Shown here: positions 10,563-20,360 of the stretch, piece after piece | Position numbering within the stretch: position 1 is the stretch's first letter | How the letters are laid out: each line of letters opens with the position of its first letter | Assembly: GCA_018656065.1 (NCBI GenBank) | Contig: JABHZY010000024.1 | Span: forward strand, 5,227 to 69,226 | Reading direction: 5' to 3' | DNA length: 64,000 bases | From: Candidatus Komeilibacteria bacterium | Lineage (GTDB): Bacteria; Patescibacteriota; Patescibacteriia; UBA1558; GWA2-36-10 | Position numbers and translations under genes: made by a program | Notes under the pieces: model-generated | Database searches by the model: none | What the model was told of the DNA's origin: nothing | What the model saw: only the letters and a program-made list of their open reading frames with translations

Positions 10563-11387
10563 ATGAGTGGTTTAATTAAAACAACTAAATCATGGAAAAG
10601 GCATTTACCTCAAAGACCGCAAAAGGTCCAGAGGGGTTATTATGCTAAGCAAAAAAATATTCAACGCAAAACTGTTATTAGAATTATTTTTGTAATTTTT
10701 GTTATCTTAATCGTTCAAAGTATTTTTCAAATAAAGTATTTGAGAATTAAAAATATAGAATTAAATAATAATAATGACCTAGGTATCGAAGAAGTTCAAG
10801 AATTTATCTTAAATGAGCTTACAGTTACCAAGTTTTTCTTTTTTCAAAAGAATAATTATTTTCTAGTACCTATAGAAGACCTAGATGAACAATTGGTATT
10901 AAAATATAATTTGGAAGAAGTTGAGTTAGAGAAGAAATGGCCTAACACATTAAAAATTACAGTTAAGGAAAAAAGTTCACACTTTATTTGGCAGAAAGAT
11001 GACTTAATATACCTCTTAGATGCTACAGGGCTCTTAAATCGCCAAATCAGCATTTTGGACGATAAATACTTGGTCTTAGATGATAAGCGTAATCTTAGAC
11101 CTAGTGGAGAGCAAATTTTTACAGATCAAGAGATAAATATTATCAATCAGATATATTTAAACTGGATGGATATGATAGCTTCTAAAGCCAAGCTAAATAA
11201 AATTACTATTTATAATGATTGGAGCATCGAGTTGAATACTGAAGTTGGTTTTTATGTTAAGTTAGATAAGGATCAAGATATCCAAGAACAGTTAAATAAT
11301 TTAAAGGCGGTGCTAGAAGAAAATATTACAGGAGTAGATGTAGATTATATTGACGTTAGATTCGGGGATAAGGTCTATTTTAAGTAG
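10563..11387 (+). CDS. FtsQ-like cell division protein (TM anchor + POTRA-like domain)
   Basis: Basic N-terminus, a single TM helix, then LRIKNIELNNNNDL...-type POTRA region. Confidence 0.6.
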   Translation: MSGLIKTTKSWKRHLPQRPQKVQRGYYAKQKNIQRKTVIRIIFVIFVILIVQSIFQIKYLRIKNIELNNNNDLGIEEVQEFILNELTVTKFFFFQKNNYFLVPIEDLDEQLVLKYNLEEVELEKKWPNTLKITVKEKSSHFIWQKDDLIYLLDATGLLNRQISILDDKYLVLDDKRNLRPSGEQIFTDQEINIINQIYLNWMDMIASKAKLNKITIYNDWSIELNTEVGFYVKLDKDQDIQEQLNNLKAVLEENITGVDVDYIDVRFGDKVYFK

Positions 11388-11487
11388 ATTATTGTAATAA
11401 TCCATCGACCATGCTCAGGACGCAGGGCTATACTAGCCTTTTTATTATACATACTATGAACTGAGTATAATAACTCTTACACTCAGT

Positions 11488-11516
11488 TTGACAATATAAA
11501 ACCTAAGCTTTATAAT
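11488..11516 (+). promoter_or_regulatory. sigma70-type promoter giving a leaderless recombinase mRNA
   Basis: TTGACA(11488-93), 17 nt, TATAAT(11511-16). The ATG at 11523 lies only 6 nt after the -10. Confidence 0.6.
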
Positions 11517-11522
11517 ATAAAC

Positions 11523-12479
11523 ATGGTTAAAACAAATAAAAAGTATCAGCTTCCCCTCTTAGATGAGTATCTTGAAAATATTCAGTCTAATAACTACTCT
11601 ACTGAGACGGTCTACAACTATGAAAGAGACTTAAATACTTTTGAAAACTTTTTAGAGAGTGATATTAAAACAGAGTTTAAGAAATTAACTAAGAGGTCTA
11701 TTATAAAATTTAAGGCTTACCTATCCTCTACTTCTAGAACTACTGCTTCAAATGAAGTTGGTGAAAAAAAATTATCGAGTTATAGTATTAATCGTATACT
11801 GTCAGCCTTGCGTTCTTATTTAAAATTTTTAATTGACGTAGATTATAAAACTCCTGTGACTGCTGATGCTGTTAAGTTGCTTAAGACGGAAAAGAAGTAT
11901 GGGCAAGTACCAGAGATGAATCAATTGATTACTTTGATAGAAGCACCAAGTAAATTTGAAACTGATCCAACTATTAAGTTGCGTAACCGAGCAATGCTTG
12001 AAACTTTATTTGCTACTGGTATGCGTATTTCTGAGCTTCTTTCTCTTAAGCGTGAGCAACTAGATAATACTGGACGTATCTATGTAATGGGCAAAGGTAA
12101 GAAACAGCGTTTTGTTTATTTAACTCCTCGAGCTATCAAACATATTAAAGATTATTTAGCTACGCGTCATGATAGCACACCTTATATTTTTATTCCTTAC
12201 AGGGGTTTAAATAACGCTGATAAGAATAAAAAGATATCTACTAATTATTTGCAATCAAAAATAAAAAGATACAGAGAACTCTTGGCTATTAATATACCTA
12301 TATCAGCTCACTCTATTCGTCATAGCTTTGCTACCTATTTGGCCGAAAACGGCGCTAATCCGGCAGCTATTCAAATACTACTAGGACATGAGTCATTAGA
12401 TACAACTACTCGTTATGTACACGCTAGTGACCGTTATGCAGAAAAAATGCATACAGATTTCCATCCTCTCAAAAAATAG
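11523..12479 (+). CDS. tyrosine recombinase, XerC/XerD family
   Basis: N-terminal SAM-like domain. Catalytic region ATGMRISELLSL...HSIRHSFATYL...LGHESLDTTTRYVH (R-H-R-H-Y pattern). Confidence 0.88.
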   Translation: MVKTNKKYQLPLLDEYLENIQSNNYSTETVYNYERDLNTFENFLESDIKTEFKKLTKRSIIKFKAYLSSTSRTTASNEVGEKKLSSYSINRILSALRSYLKFLIDVDYKTPVTADAVKLLKTEKKYGQVPEMNQLITLIEAPSKFETDPTIKLRNRAMLETLFATGMRISELLSLKREQLDNTGRIYVMGKGKKQRFVYLTPRAIKHIKDYLATRHDSTPYIFIPYRGLNNADKNKKISTNYLQSKIKRYRELLAINIPISAHSIRHSFATYLAENGANPAAIQILLGHESLDTTTRYVHASDRYAEKMHTDFHPLKK

Positions 12480-12506
12480 GTATTAAATATAGATAATATA
12501 TTAATA

Positions 12507-12531
12507 AAATAGCTAATCTTAGCTATTTTTT
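12507..12531 (+). terminator. intrinsic terminator of the recombinase gene
   Basis: AAATAGCTAA-TC-TTAGCTATTT hairpin followed by a T run. Confidence 0.6.
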
Positions 12532-12552
12532 AGTTTATTTAGATTATAACTC

Positions 12553-12581
12553 TTGACAAATATTAATATCTATGTTATAGT
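12553..12581 (+). promoter_or_regulatory. promoter of RNA A
   Basis: TTGACA, 17 nt, TATAGT. Confidence 0.65.
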
Positions 12582-12587
12582 GAGTAA

Positions 12588-12710
12588 TCACCCAAGGAAG
12601 GTGAAACTTATCTGGACCAGCAAAGTCCAAAAGATCCCCCGCTGCTGGCGTTCGTCCCCCGTTTTCTCCTCACATGGAGAATTCTAGAACGCCAGCAGCC
12701 CCCCTTTTTT
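12588..12710 (+). ncRNA. orphan GC-rich small RNA A (about 123 nt), family unknown
   Basis: Starts downstream of a consensus promoter. Hairpins CACC/GGTG and TGGAC/GTCCA. A 13-bp stem (12641-53 / 12687-99) encloses a CUCC/GGAG hairpin. Ends in T6. No ATG ORF with an RBS. Confidence 0.55.
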
Positions 12711-12759
12711 ATAAGGGTTTTTTGTTTATTTAAAAATTTAGCTAAAATGAAAAAAGGGA

Positions 12760-12969
12760 CCTTACGATCAGATCCCTCTTCTTCCACCCCAGCACATGGG
12801 CCAGAATGGGTGCTCCCTATAAGGAAGCTGAGAAAGCGGCGTTCCGGATTAGCGTGTCGGTCTTCACGAAGGTTCAGCTTTACACTAATGACCTAGTGAA
12901 GTTTTAAACCAATTACATCAAATCCAGATGCCTACTTTACATTGTTGGTACGTTTGCTTTTTGAGCACA
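12760..12969 (-). ncRNA. orphan GC-rich RNA B (about 210 nt), family unknown
   Basis: Minus-strand promoter at 12976-13004. 3' hairpin GGGAUC/GGUCCC (12766-86) plus U6. Its U.G pair is valid only on the minus strand. Only ORFs of 16 codons or fewer. Confidence 0.55.
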
Positions 12970-12975
12970 AAAAGA

Positions 12976-13004
12976 ATAATATCACATATAGATATATTTG
13001 TCAA
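12976..13004 (-). promoter_or_regulatory. promoter of RNA B
   Basis: TTGACA(13004-12999), 17 nt, TATTAT(12981-12976) on the minus strand, directly after the M23 gene terminator. Confidence 0.6.
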
Positions 13005-13009
13005 TAGTA

Positions 13010-13040
13010 AAAGCCCCTATAGAAAAGGGGCTAATTTTAG
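13010..13040 (-). terminator. intrinsic terminator of the M23 peptidase gene
   Basis: AGCCCCT/AGGGGCT hairpin followed by a T run on the minus strand. Confidence 0.65.
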
Positions 13041-13060
13041 TTAAAATTTTATAGTATTAA

Positions 13061-14314
13061 TTAAGGCAGATAATTCAATGGATTAACAGGAATTCCGTTT
13101 AGACGTACTTCTAAATGAAGATGAGGTCCAGTAGAAAATGGTCCAGCTCCTCTAGTACCAGGCATACCACCAGTATAGCCGATAATATCCCCTTTAGAGA
13201 CAAATTGATCAGCGCTAACATTTATTTTATTAACATGACCATAGACACTAGATAGACCATCAGCATGGACTAGCATAATATAGCTATAACCAGTTGCTCC
13301 TCCATCTCTAGCTTTAGCTACGTAACCTGACTCTGCAGCTCTAAGAGCAGTGCCTTGTGGAGTAGCAATATCTATGGCATTATGTTCAAAAATATATCTA
13401 TAAGGATAATCTGGATCATGGAAATAAGCAGTTATCCGTTGTGATGGTATGGGCCACATTAATCCATCGCTATCAATACTATCTAATTGTAATTGACGGT
13501 TTAATTTTTCTCGAGCAATTTTTTCTAGATAAACTATATCATTATCAATTTGTTTTTGCTCTTCTTTAGCCTGACGAAGCAATTCTTGATATTTAGCTTC
13601 TTGACCTTCAGTAGAAGCCATTAAATTGAACTTTGATATTTTTTGTCCGTCTAAATTTCCTTTTTTACCATTTAATATATTTTTCAGAGTATCTAATTCA
13701 GTTTTTTCATTTTCTAAACTATCTTTATCATTATTTAAGGCTAATTTTATTTCTCCAAGATTTTCTACTCCTTCAAAAAGATTATCTTGCATATCTTCTA
13801 ACCTATTTAGGTCAGCTATAAAATCACTAAAATTATCATTTAGTATTAAAATTTCTAGCAAACTAGATTTTTGTTGTTGTCTATGTAGAGATCTAATTAC
13901 TTCAGCTAAGATGTCTTTTTGGTCATCTATCTCGTTTTCTTTAGCGTCTATCTTTAATTCAGTATTTTCTATTTTTAAATCAAGAGTTTCAACTTCTAAA
14001 CCAGCTGCTTCAATTTCTAAATTAATTTTAGCAATACTTTCATTAAGAGTACTAACTTGGTTAGAAAGACTGCCTAGTTCTTTTTGTTTAGCATAGATAT
14101 TTTTTTGATAGATATCTATTTGTCTATGTAATTCTTGAATTTCTGATCTTTTAGCATTAATATCCTGATTTACTTGCCATGTTTCCACAGTATCTAAGGT
14201 ATCTAATTTATACTCTACGGCTAAGCCGTTATTTGGCAAAAAAATAAAACTAAGCAGTGCTATAGTTAATATACTGGATAATACTCTAATAGTTTTTATT
14301 TTTATTTGTAGCAT
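13061..14314 (-). CDS. M23 family metallopeptidase with long coiled-coil (EnvC-like)
   Basis: Signal/TM N-terminus and about 250 aa of coiled coil. C-terminal HNAIDIA...GPHLHLEV LytM motifs. Confidence 0.9.
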   Translation of the reverse strand: MLQIKIKTIRVLSSILTIALLSFIFLPNNGLAVEYKLDTLDTVETWQVNQDINAKRSEIQELHRQIDIYQKNIYAKQKELGSLSNQVSTLNESIAKINLEIEAAGLEVETLDLKIENTELKIDAKENEIDDQKDILAEVIRSLHRQQQKSSLLEILILNDNFSDFIADLNRLEDMQDNLFEGVENLGEIKLALNNDKDSLENEKTELDTLKNILNGKKGNLDGQKISKFNLMASTEGQEAKYQELLRQAKEEQKQIDNDIVYLEKIAREKLNRQLQLDSIDSDGLMWPIPSQRITAYFHDPDYPYRYIFEHNAIDIATPQGTALRAAESGYVAKARDGGATGYSYIMLVHADGLSSVYGHVNKINVSADQFVSKGDIIGYTGGMPGTRGAGPFSTGPHLHLEVRLNGIPVNPLNYLP

Positions 14315-14368
14315 GGTTTATTAAATATAACTATATTATAGCATATTTATACTATATTGGCAAGAAAA

Positions 14369-15796
14369 CTAACTTAATTTTTTTATAGCCTTTTTTACTC
14401 TACTTAAGGCTTCTTCTTTGCCTAAGAATTCTAAAAGCTCTCCAGGTGATGGACTACGTTCTAATCCAGAACAAGCCACTCTTAATGGCCAAAAAATATC
14501 TCCTGGACTTAAATTTCTCTTGGCTATAATATCTTTAATAGAATTATTAATAGTATCTTGATCCCATTCGCTATGATGTATTTTTCCTAGGATGCCTAAA
14601 GCTAAGTTTATACCCTCTTTAGTTTTCTCAAAGTCTGATTTTTTAAAAATTAACATTTCTTTGTCATATTCTGGAAGATCAAATAAAAATTTACTATCTT
14701 CACCTAAATCAGCTAAGTTATCAATACGACTACCAAATAATCTCAAGACTTTTTTAGCTTTATGAGCATTTTTACCAAGAAATTTTTCGGTGTTAGATAT
14801 TAATTGTTCAAATCTTTTATCATTTTGTTCTATAATTTTGCGAATGTATTCAGCATTAAACCAATTAAGTTTAGTAATATCAAAGACAGCTCCGGCTTTA
14901 TTAATTTTCTCTAGAGAAAACTCTTTTATTAACTCATTAATCATAAAAAACTCTTGGTCATTACCAGGATTCCAACCTAATAGAGCTACATAGTTTATTA
15001 AAGACTCAATTAGGTAGCCTTTTTTTAAATAATCTTCCACAGCTACATCGCCTTGTCTTTTGGAAAGCTTTGATTTATCAGGGTTTAGCAGTAAGGGTAA
15101 ATGTACAAAAGTTGGTAAATTATATTTTAAAGCTTTATAAATTAAAATATGTTTTGGAAAAGACGGCATCCATTCCTCTCCTCTAATAACATGACTGATA
15201 CGCATGTCATGATCATCTACCACATTTGCTAAATGATAGGTTGGAAATTTATTAGACTTTAATATCACAAAATCATCTAAATCCTGCCCTTTTATAGAAA
15301 TTTTTCCATAGACAGCATCTTGGCCAACTATAATTTCATCATCAGGAATCTTAAAACGGACTACAAATTTTTGACCGGCTTGTATATTTTTATCAATTTC
15401 TTCTTTACTAAGATTTAGACAATGACGATCATATTTTGGTACTTGTTTATTTTTCTGCTGTTCTTCTCTTACTTTATCTAATCTTTCGGGAGAACAAAAA
15501 CATTTATAGGCTTGATTATTATTTATTAATTTATCACTAGCTTTTTGATATAAACTGAGACGGTCGGATTGATGTTTAACTTCTACATCAGACACTATAC
15601 CTACTTTAGCTAGAGTATCTATTAATTCTTGATCAGCATTAGCTATATATCTTTCTCGATCAGTATCTTCTATCCTAATGATAAATTCTCCTTTATTTTT
15701 TTTAGCCCACAAATAAGAGAATAGCGCAGTACGTAAACCACCTATATGTAAGTATCCAGTTGGACTGGGGGCAAATCTAGTTCTTATTTTCTCCAT
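14369..15796 (-). CDS. gltX: glutamate--tRNA ligase
   Basis: HIGG (HIGH) at the N-terminus and a KLSKR (KMSKS) motif. Confidence 0.96.
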   Translation of the reverse strand: MEKIRTRFAPSPTGYLHIGGLRTALFSYLWAKKNKGEFIIRIEDTDRERYIANADQELIDTLAKVGIVSDVEVKHQSDRLSLYQKASDKLINNNQAYKCFCSPERLDKVREEQQKNKQVPKYDRHCLNLSKEEIDKNIQAGQKFVVRFKIPDDEIIVGQDAVYGKISIKGQDLDDFVILKSNKFPTYHLANVVDDHDMRISHVIRGEEWMPSFPKHILIYKALKYNLPTFVHLPLLLNPDKSKLSKRQGDVAVEDYLKKGYLIESLINYVALLGWNPGNDQEFFMINELIKEFSLEKINKAGAVFDITKLNWFNAEYIRKIIEQNDKRFEQLISNTEKFLGKNAHKAKKVLRLFGSRIDNLADLGEDSKFLFDLPEYDKEMLIFKKSDFEKTKEGINLALGILGKIHHSEWDQDTINNSIKDIIAKRNLSPGDIFWPLRVACSGLERSPSPGELLEFLGKEEALSRVKKAIKKLS

Positions 15797-15801
15797 ATAT
15801 T

Positions 15802-16527
15802 TTATTGTTTTTTTCGCTTATTTCTATAAATTAAATAGGGAAATTGTATAATAGCTCTATTTATACGGAATAACCTATTGGGTTGTAAAATCAGTCGCCA
15901 TAGCCATTCTAAGCCAAAACTTTGTATAAATTTTGGCGCTCTCTTCATTTTACCAGACATGAAGTCAAAAGTCCCGCCTACTCCAGCCGCTATTTTAAGC
16001 TTAGGAATTTGCTTTATATTTTCTGATATCCATATATCTTGCTTCGGTGCTCCGAAGCCAACTAACATAATTTCAGGAGCAAATAATTTAGCTTTAGCTA
16101 AAGCAGTATTTTCATCAGCTACCTGGAAATCAAGACTAGGATATTTGGCCTTGATAGTCATAAAAAACTGATCTGTCTTTGTCCAACCTTCGCTATATAA
16201 ACAAAACATTATTTTTAGATCTTGGTTAATAGCTTTGTCAATTAGTATTTCTGTTAGTCGTGCACCTGTGATTCGATCATCAAGAGAAACTTTATGACCC
16301 ATGTATTGCAGAGCCTTGATGATACCAGTGCCATCAATCAAAGAAATGCTAGATTGATTAATAATTTTTAAAAATTCTTTATTTTTTTGACTACTAACTA
16401 CAAATTCAGGATTAATAGTAGCTATTTGATGAGTTTTGTCAGAATTTAAAAATTCAAGCAATTTATTTTTTAAAAGATGCTCGGCAATTACATTTACTTT
16501 TACTCCTAGAAGATTATATTCGGTCAT
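15802..16527 (-). CDS. WecB/TagA/CpsF family glycosyltransferase
   Basis: 241 aa. VGFGAPKQDIWI and RAPKFIQSFGLEWLWRL family motifs. Confidence 0.85.
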   Translation of the reverse strand: MTEYNLLGVKVNVIAEHLLKNKLLEFLNSDKTHQIATINPEFVVSSQKNKEFLKIINQSSISLIDGTGIIKALQYMGHKVSLDDRITGARLTEILIDKAINQDLKIMFCLYSEGWTKTDQFFMTIKAKYPSLDFQVADENTALAKAKLFAPEIMLVGFGAPKQDIWISENIKQIPKLKIAAGVGGTFDFMSGKMKRAPKFIQSFGLEWLWRLILQPNRLFRINRAIIQFPYLIYRNKRKKQ

Positions 16528-17075
16528 AAGTCAAAGGCTTGTAAACTAGTAAATGATGGTCCAGTTTTACTCAATTCACTTTCTATAAGTTCAAAGTATG
16601 ACGCAAAGAATGATTTTTGTACTGACCAATTTTCAAATTCCTTAAATTCTTTAAAATCAGCTGTTTGTTTTACTCTAGCCAAAGTAAGGTGTGTAGAAAA
16701 TTTACGAACTTCTTTATGTGCTAAACCATCTTCAAATAAAACCTGTTCTATCTCATCATATAAGTTCTGTAAAATTTCATTTTCTTTTATTTTTAAAACT
16801 AGAACTTTTGGTTGACGTTCATTAAATATTTCAGTTTGGTCAATTTCAAGTTCCAAATCATTTATAGCAAGATCCAATTTATTCAAGCTATCTATAATAT
16901 CTGGTATTTTATCTATTGGCATTTCACCTAAAAATTTTAAAGTTAGATGAATTTGATCAGGGTGAACTTTTTTTATCTTTTCCCAAGGTAAATCGAGTGC
17001 TTCAAATTTTTTGAATATATCTTTAACAATACTTGGATCAATTGGTAGAGATATAAATAATCTTTTAGTTTCCAT
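16524..17075 (-). CDS. thpR: RNA 2',3'-cyclic phosphodiesterase (2H / LigT family)
   Basis: Two HxTx motifs: HLTLKFLG and HLTLARV. Confidence 0.85.
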   Translation of the reverse strand: METKRLFISLPIDPSIVKDIFKKFEALDLPWEKIKKVHPDQIHLTLKFLGEMPIDKIPDIIDSLNKLDLAINDLELEIDQTEIFNERQPKVLVLKIKENEILQNLYDEIEQVLFEDGLAHKEVRKFSTHLTLARVKQTADFKEFKEFENWSVQKSFFASYFELIESELSKTGPSFTSLQAFDL

Positions 17076-17176
17076 AGTATGATTTTATCTTAAATATACT
17101 CAAAAATCAATGGCAATAATGTCTAAATTTTGTTATAATATATAGACCAAAAATAAAATAATAACTTTAAATTTTT

Positions 17177-18652
17177 ATGCCCAGTTTTTATAGGAAGAAA
17201 ATAGCGATTTTTACTTTATTGGCAATACTTATCCCCAATCTAGCTTTTGGAGCCGAAGTAAATTATGACAAAATAATATCTGATTCAGACGCGGAAAATT
17301 ATCAGTCTATGACCATGCCTGAGATTAGAGATTTTTTACGTTCACAAAATTCATATTTAAAAGATTTTAAGTATAGTGGAAATAATCCATCTCCTTCTCA
17401 GATAAAATCAGATCCTGAGAAGAAATATGTTCAAACCAGGTCTGCCTCTGAAATAATCTATAATGCTGCTCAAGAAGCTAAAATAAACCCACAATTTCTT
17501 TTGGTCCTACTTCAAAAAGAACAAGGTTTAATAGAATATTCTAATCCATCTGAGAGAGGTGTGAATTTTGCCATGGGCTATTATTGTTATGATGGAAATT
17601 ATTGTAATGTAAAATACAAAGGTTTCGGTAAACAAGTTAGAGGTGCTGCTTTACAGTTTAGATGGTACTTAGATAATATTTACAGTTATAATTGGCAGCC
17701 TAATAAACCAGCCTGTGCTGATGATCCTAATACACTTTTACCTTGCACTTCTAGAGGTACTGTAGTCACACCAGCTAATAAGATTACTGCGGCTATGTAT
17801 ATTTATACTCCGCATCTTCATGGTAATAAATTATTTTTTAGTCTTTGGAATAAATATGGTTTCGGTGGTTTAATTGACGAAGGAGATGATATACCAATTG
17901 GCAGTCTAGGTTTTTTGCCTGATGGAGCTTTGGTAAAAGCTAAAGATGGTGAAGAAGGAACTATTTATTTGATAGCCAATGGTCAAAAGAGAGCTTTTTC
18001 TAGTATGACCTCTTTGATATCAAGATTTGATCCAGATAAAGTGTTATCTGTAGATCAAGATGAGCTTGATAAATATGATGATGGTTCGTTGATTGCTCAC
18101 GCTAATTATTCACTCCTAGAAGATTCTAAGAGTAATAAATATTTAATTGATGGTCTGAATAAGAGATTGATAGTCTCAGACGAAGCTTTTAGGCAATTAG
18201 GTTTTAATCCTATGGAAATAGAAGGAGCTAATTCTTCTGATTTAGCTGCTTATGCAAATGGTGATGATTTGACTGAATCCTCTACTCCTTTTGCTGAATT
18301 ATGGCAAGATATGGATACTGAGACAGTTTATTTGGTAAAAGATGCTAAGAAACGTAGGATTATAGATCAGCTGATAATTGATGCCAATTTTCCTGATATG
18401 AAAATTAAAGAAGTAACAGCCAAAACATTAAGTGATTTAGAGACTGGTGCGCCAGTTAAGTTGGCCGATGGTACTTTATTTAAGAAAGCTTTAGATCCTA
18501 GGGTTTATGTGATTTCTAATGGTGAGCGTCGTTTAATTCCTGACGGCACTACTTTTGATAAATTAGGCTATGATTGGACTCAAATTTATACAATTTCTAA
18601 TAAAATATTAAATTTCCATAAACTTGGATCTACTATAGTCAGTCAAGAATAA
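17177..18652 (+). CDS. secreted cell-wall-associated protein with four C-terminal repeats of about 45 aa
   Basis: Signal peptide. INPQFLLVLLQKEQGL region. Repeats of the form YLIxxGxKRxI...LGYxxxxI at four positions. Confidence 0.6.
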   Translation: MPSFYRKKIAIFTLLAILIPNLAFGAEVNYDKIISDSDAENYQSMTMPEIRDFLRSQNSYLKDFKYSGNNPSPSQIKSDPEKKYVQTRSASEIIYNAAQEAKINPQFLLVLLQKEQGLIEYSNPSERGVNFAMGYYCYDGNYCNVKYKGFGKQVRGAALQFRWYLDNIYSYNWQPNKPACADDPNTLLPCTSRGTVVTPANKITAAMYIYTPHLHGNKLFFSLWNKYGFGGLIDEGDDIPIGSLGFLPDGALVKAKDGEEGTIYLIANGQKRAFSSMTSLISRFDPDKVLSVDQDELDKYDDGSLIAHANYSLLEDSKSNKYLIDGLNKRLIVSDEAFRQLGFNPMEIEGANSSDLAAYANGDDLTESSTPFAELWQDMDTETVYLVKDAKKRRIIDQLIIDANFPDMKIKEVTAKTLSDLETGAPVKLADGTLFKKALDPRVYVISNGERRLIPDGTTFDKLGYDWTQIYTISNKILNFHKLGSTIVSQE

Positions 18653-18657
18653 TATAT

Positions 18658-19449
18658 ATGATTACTTTTGCTAGCTTTGTTCCTCATTCTCCAATTTTGA
18701 TTCCTGAGGTCGGCAAAGAAAATCTAAAAAAATTAAAAGATACCATTCAAGCTTATAAAAATTTAGAGCATGATTTATATGCTTCTAAGCCAGATTTGGT
18801 AATTCTTATTTCTCCTCATGCCAATAGTCAAGAGGGTGAATTTTTTACTATCAATCAACAGCCAAAATTAAGAGCTGATTTTAAAGATTTTGGTGATTTG
18901 GTAACTAAGCTAGAATTTGATAATGATATTGGTTTGGGCTACCAAATAAAAGAATCTTGCGAAGATTATTTTCCAATTATGTTGACTTCTAATAAACAAT
19001 TAGATTACGGCTCAGGTGTACCGCTCCTCTATTTAATGGAACACTTGCCTAATACTAAAATTATTAGCATTGGTTATGCAGATTTACCTTATGGAGATCA
19101 TATAAAATTTGGTGAGTTAATTCGTAAACAAATTAATTTAGCTGACAAACGTGTGGCTATTGTAGCTTCTGGAGATCTTTCCCACAAACTACATAAAGAT
19201 TCACCAGCTGGTTATTCACCTCGAGCTCAAGAGCTTGATCAGACAATAATAAAACTACTTAATAATAATCAAGTTGATGATATTGTAAATATAGATCGAA
19301 AGTTAGTAAAAGAAGCTGGCGAATGTGGTCTACGTTCTTTGCTAATATTATTAGGGATTATTAAAGAATTAAACTATCAGCCTGAGAAATTGAGTTATCA
19401 AGCACCATTTGGGATTGGTTATTTAGTAGAAAACTTTAAAGTAAAATAA
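18658..19449 (+). CDS. class III extradiol dioxygenase-like (LigB/MEMO-like) family protein
   Basis: PHSPILIP N-terminus and SGDLSHKL motif. Function uncertain. Confidence 0.6.
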   Translation: MITFASFVPHSPILIPEVGKENLKKLKDTIQAYKNLEHDLYASKPDLVILISPHANSQEGEFFTINQQPKLRADFKDFGDLVTKLEFDNDIGLGYQIKESCEDYFPIMLTSNKQLDYGSGVPLLYLMEHLPNTKIISIGYADLPYGDHIKFGELIRKQINLADKRVAIVASGDLSHKLHKDSPAGYSPRAQELDQTIIKLLNNNQVDDIVNIDRKLVKEAGECGLRSLLILLGIIKELNYQPEKLSYQAPFGIGYLVENFKVK

Positions 19450-19467
19450 AACATTTTTAAAAGCTCC

Positions 19468-19734
19468 TTAAGAGGAGCTTTTTTTATATTCAGCTACAAG
19501 TTTAAAAAAATAACGCCATCGTCCAGATCCCTGGGCTAGTTCTTTGGTATCATCTAGACATTTTTCTACGAAATTTTTATCATGATCTTTGCAGATTTTG
19601 AAAACAGAATTCCTTTTTGATTGCGGAATTGCTAATTCATCTATAATACCTAAAGCTAAATCCTGCCATTGATAGGCTGGTGCTTTTTTCCCTTCTTTCT
19701 TCTTATTTTTGAATATATCGGCTATTTGTTGCAT
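19468..19734 (-). CDS. hypothetical protein (88 aa)
   Basis: ORF flanked by a terminator hairpin (19462-79). No family recognised. Confidence 0.45.
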   Translation of the reverse strand: MQQIADIFKNKKKEGKKAPAYQWQDLALGIIDELAIPQSKRNSVFKICKDHDKNFVEKCLDDTKELAQGSGRWRYFFKLVAEYKKSSS

Positions 19735-19859
19735 AAAGTCATTATAACAAATATATTTTGCTTTATATAGTTGACAAAATATAGTATATATAGTATATTA
19801 AGCTGTTTTGAAAAAGACAATCTATCGCCATAATTATCAAAATATAGTATATTATAGAT

Positions 19860-20360
19860 ATGTTTAAAATAGCTAAATATCCAGATCCAATACTCAGAAA
19901 AACAGCTAAGCCAATTAGTGATTTTAACGATGAATTAAAAAAGATGGCCAGCGATATGGCCGAGGTCATGTATGAAGATGATGGCATAGGATTAGCTGCT
20001 CCTCAAGTAAGTAAGAGCCTTAGGCTGATTGTAATAGGATTGGGACACGGCGATTTCAAGACTTATGTTAATCCAGAGATTACATTTTTTTCTAAAGAAA
20101 AAACCAAGACTGATGAAGGTTGTTTATCTTTACCAAAAATATTTGGTGATGTTATTAGGCCAAAGAAAATTCATGTAAAATATTACGATTTAGATGGTCA
20201 GGTGCACAAAGAAAAATTGAAAGGTATTGATTCTGTAATATTGCAGCACGAAGTAGATCATTTGAATGGAATTTTATTTATTGATAGAGTTGAAAAAATT
20301 AATCAGGGGCAAGAGTTATTAGATGCCCTAAAAAAACAACTTGATGAACAAGCCAAATAA
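19860..20360 (+). CDS. def: peptide deformylase
   Basis: GIGLAAPQV, EGCLS and QHEVDHLNG motifs. TTGACA-17-TATATT promoter near 19771-19799. Confidence 0.95.
   Translation: MFKIAKYPDPILRKTAKPISDFNDELKKMASDMAEVMYEDDGIGLAAPQVSKSLRLIVIGLGHGDFKTYVNPEITFFSKEKTKTDEGCLSLPKIFGDVIRPKKIHVKYYDLDGQVHKEKLKGIDSVILQHEVDHLNGILFIDRVEKINQGQELLDALKKQLDEQAK

Noticed and set aside
11523-13004. The tyrosine recombinase plus adjacent GC-rich islands as an integron, integrative element or prophage boundary.
   Set aside because: The recombinase has the ordinary XerC/D domain layout. I saw no attC-like cassettes, phage genes or flanking direct repeats. The neighbouring genes are housekeeping.
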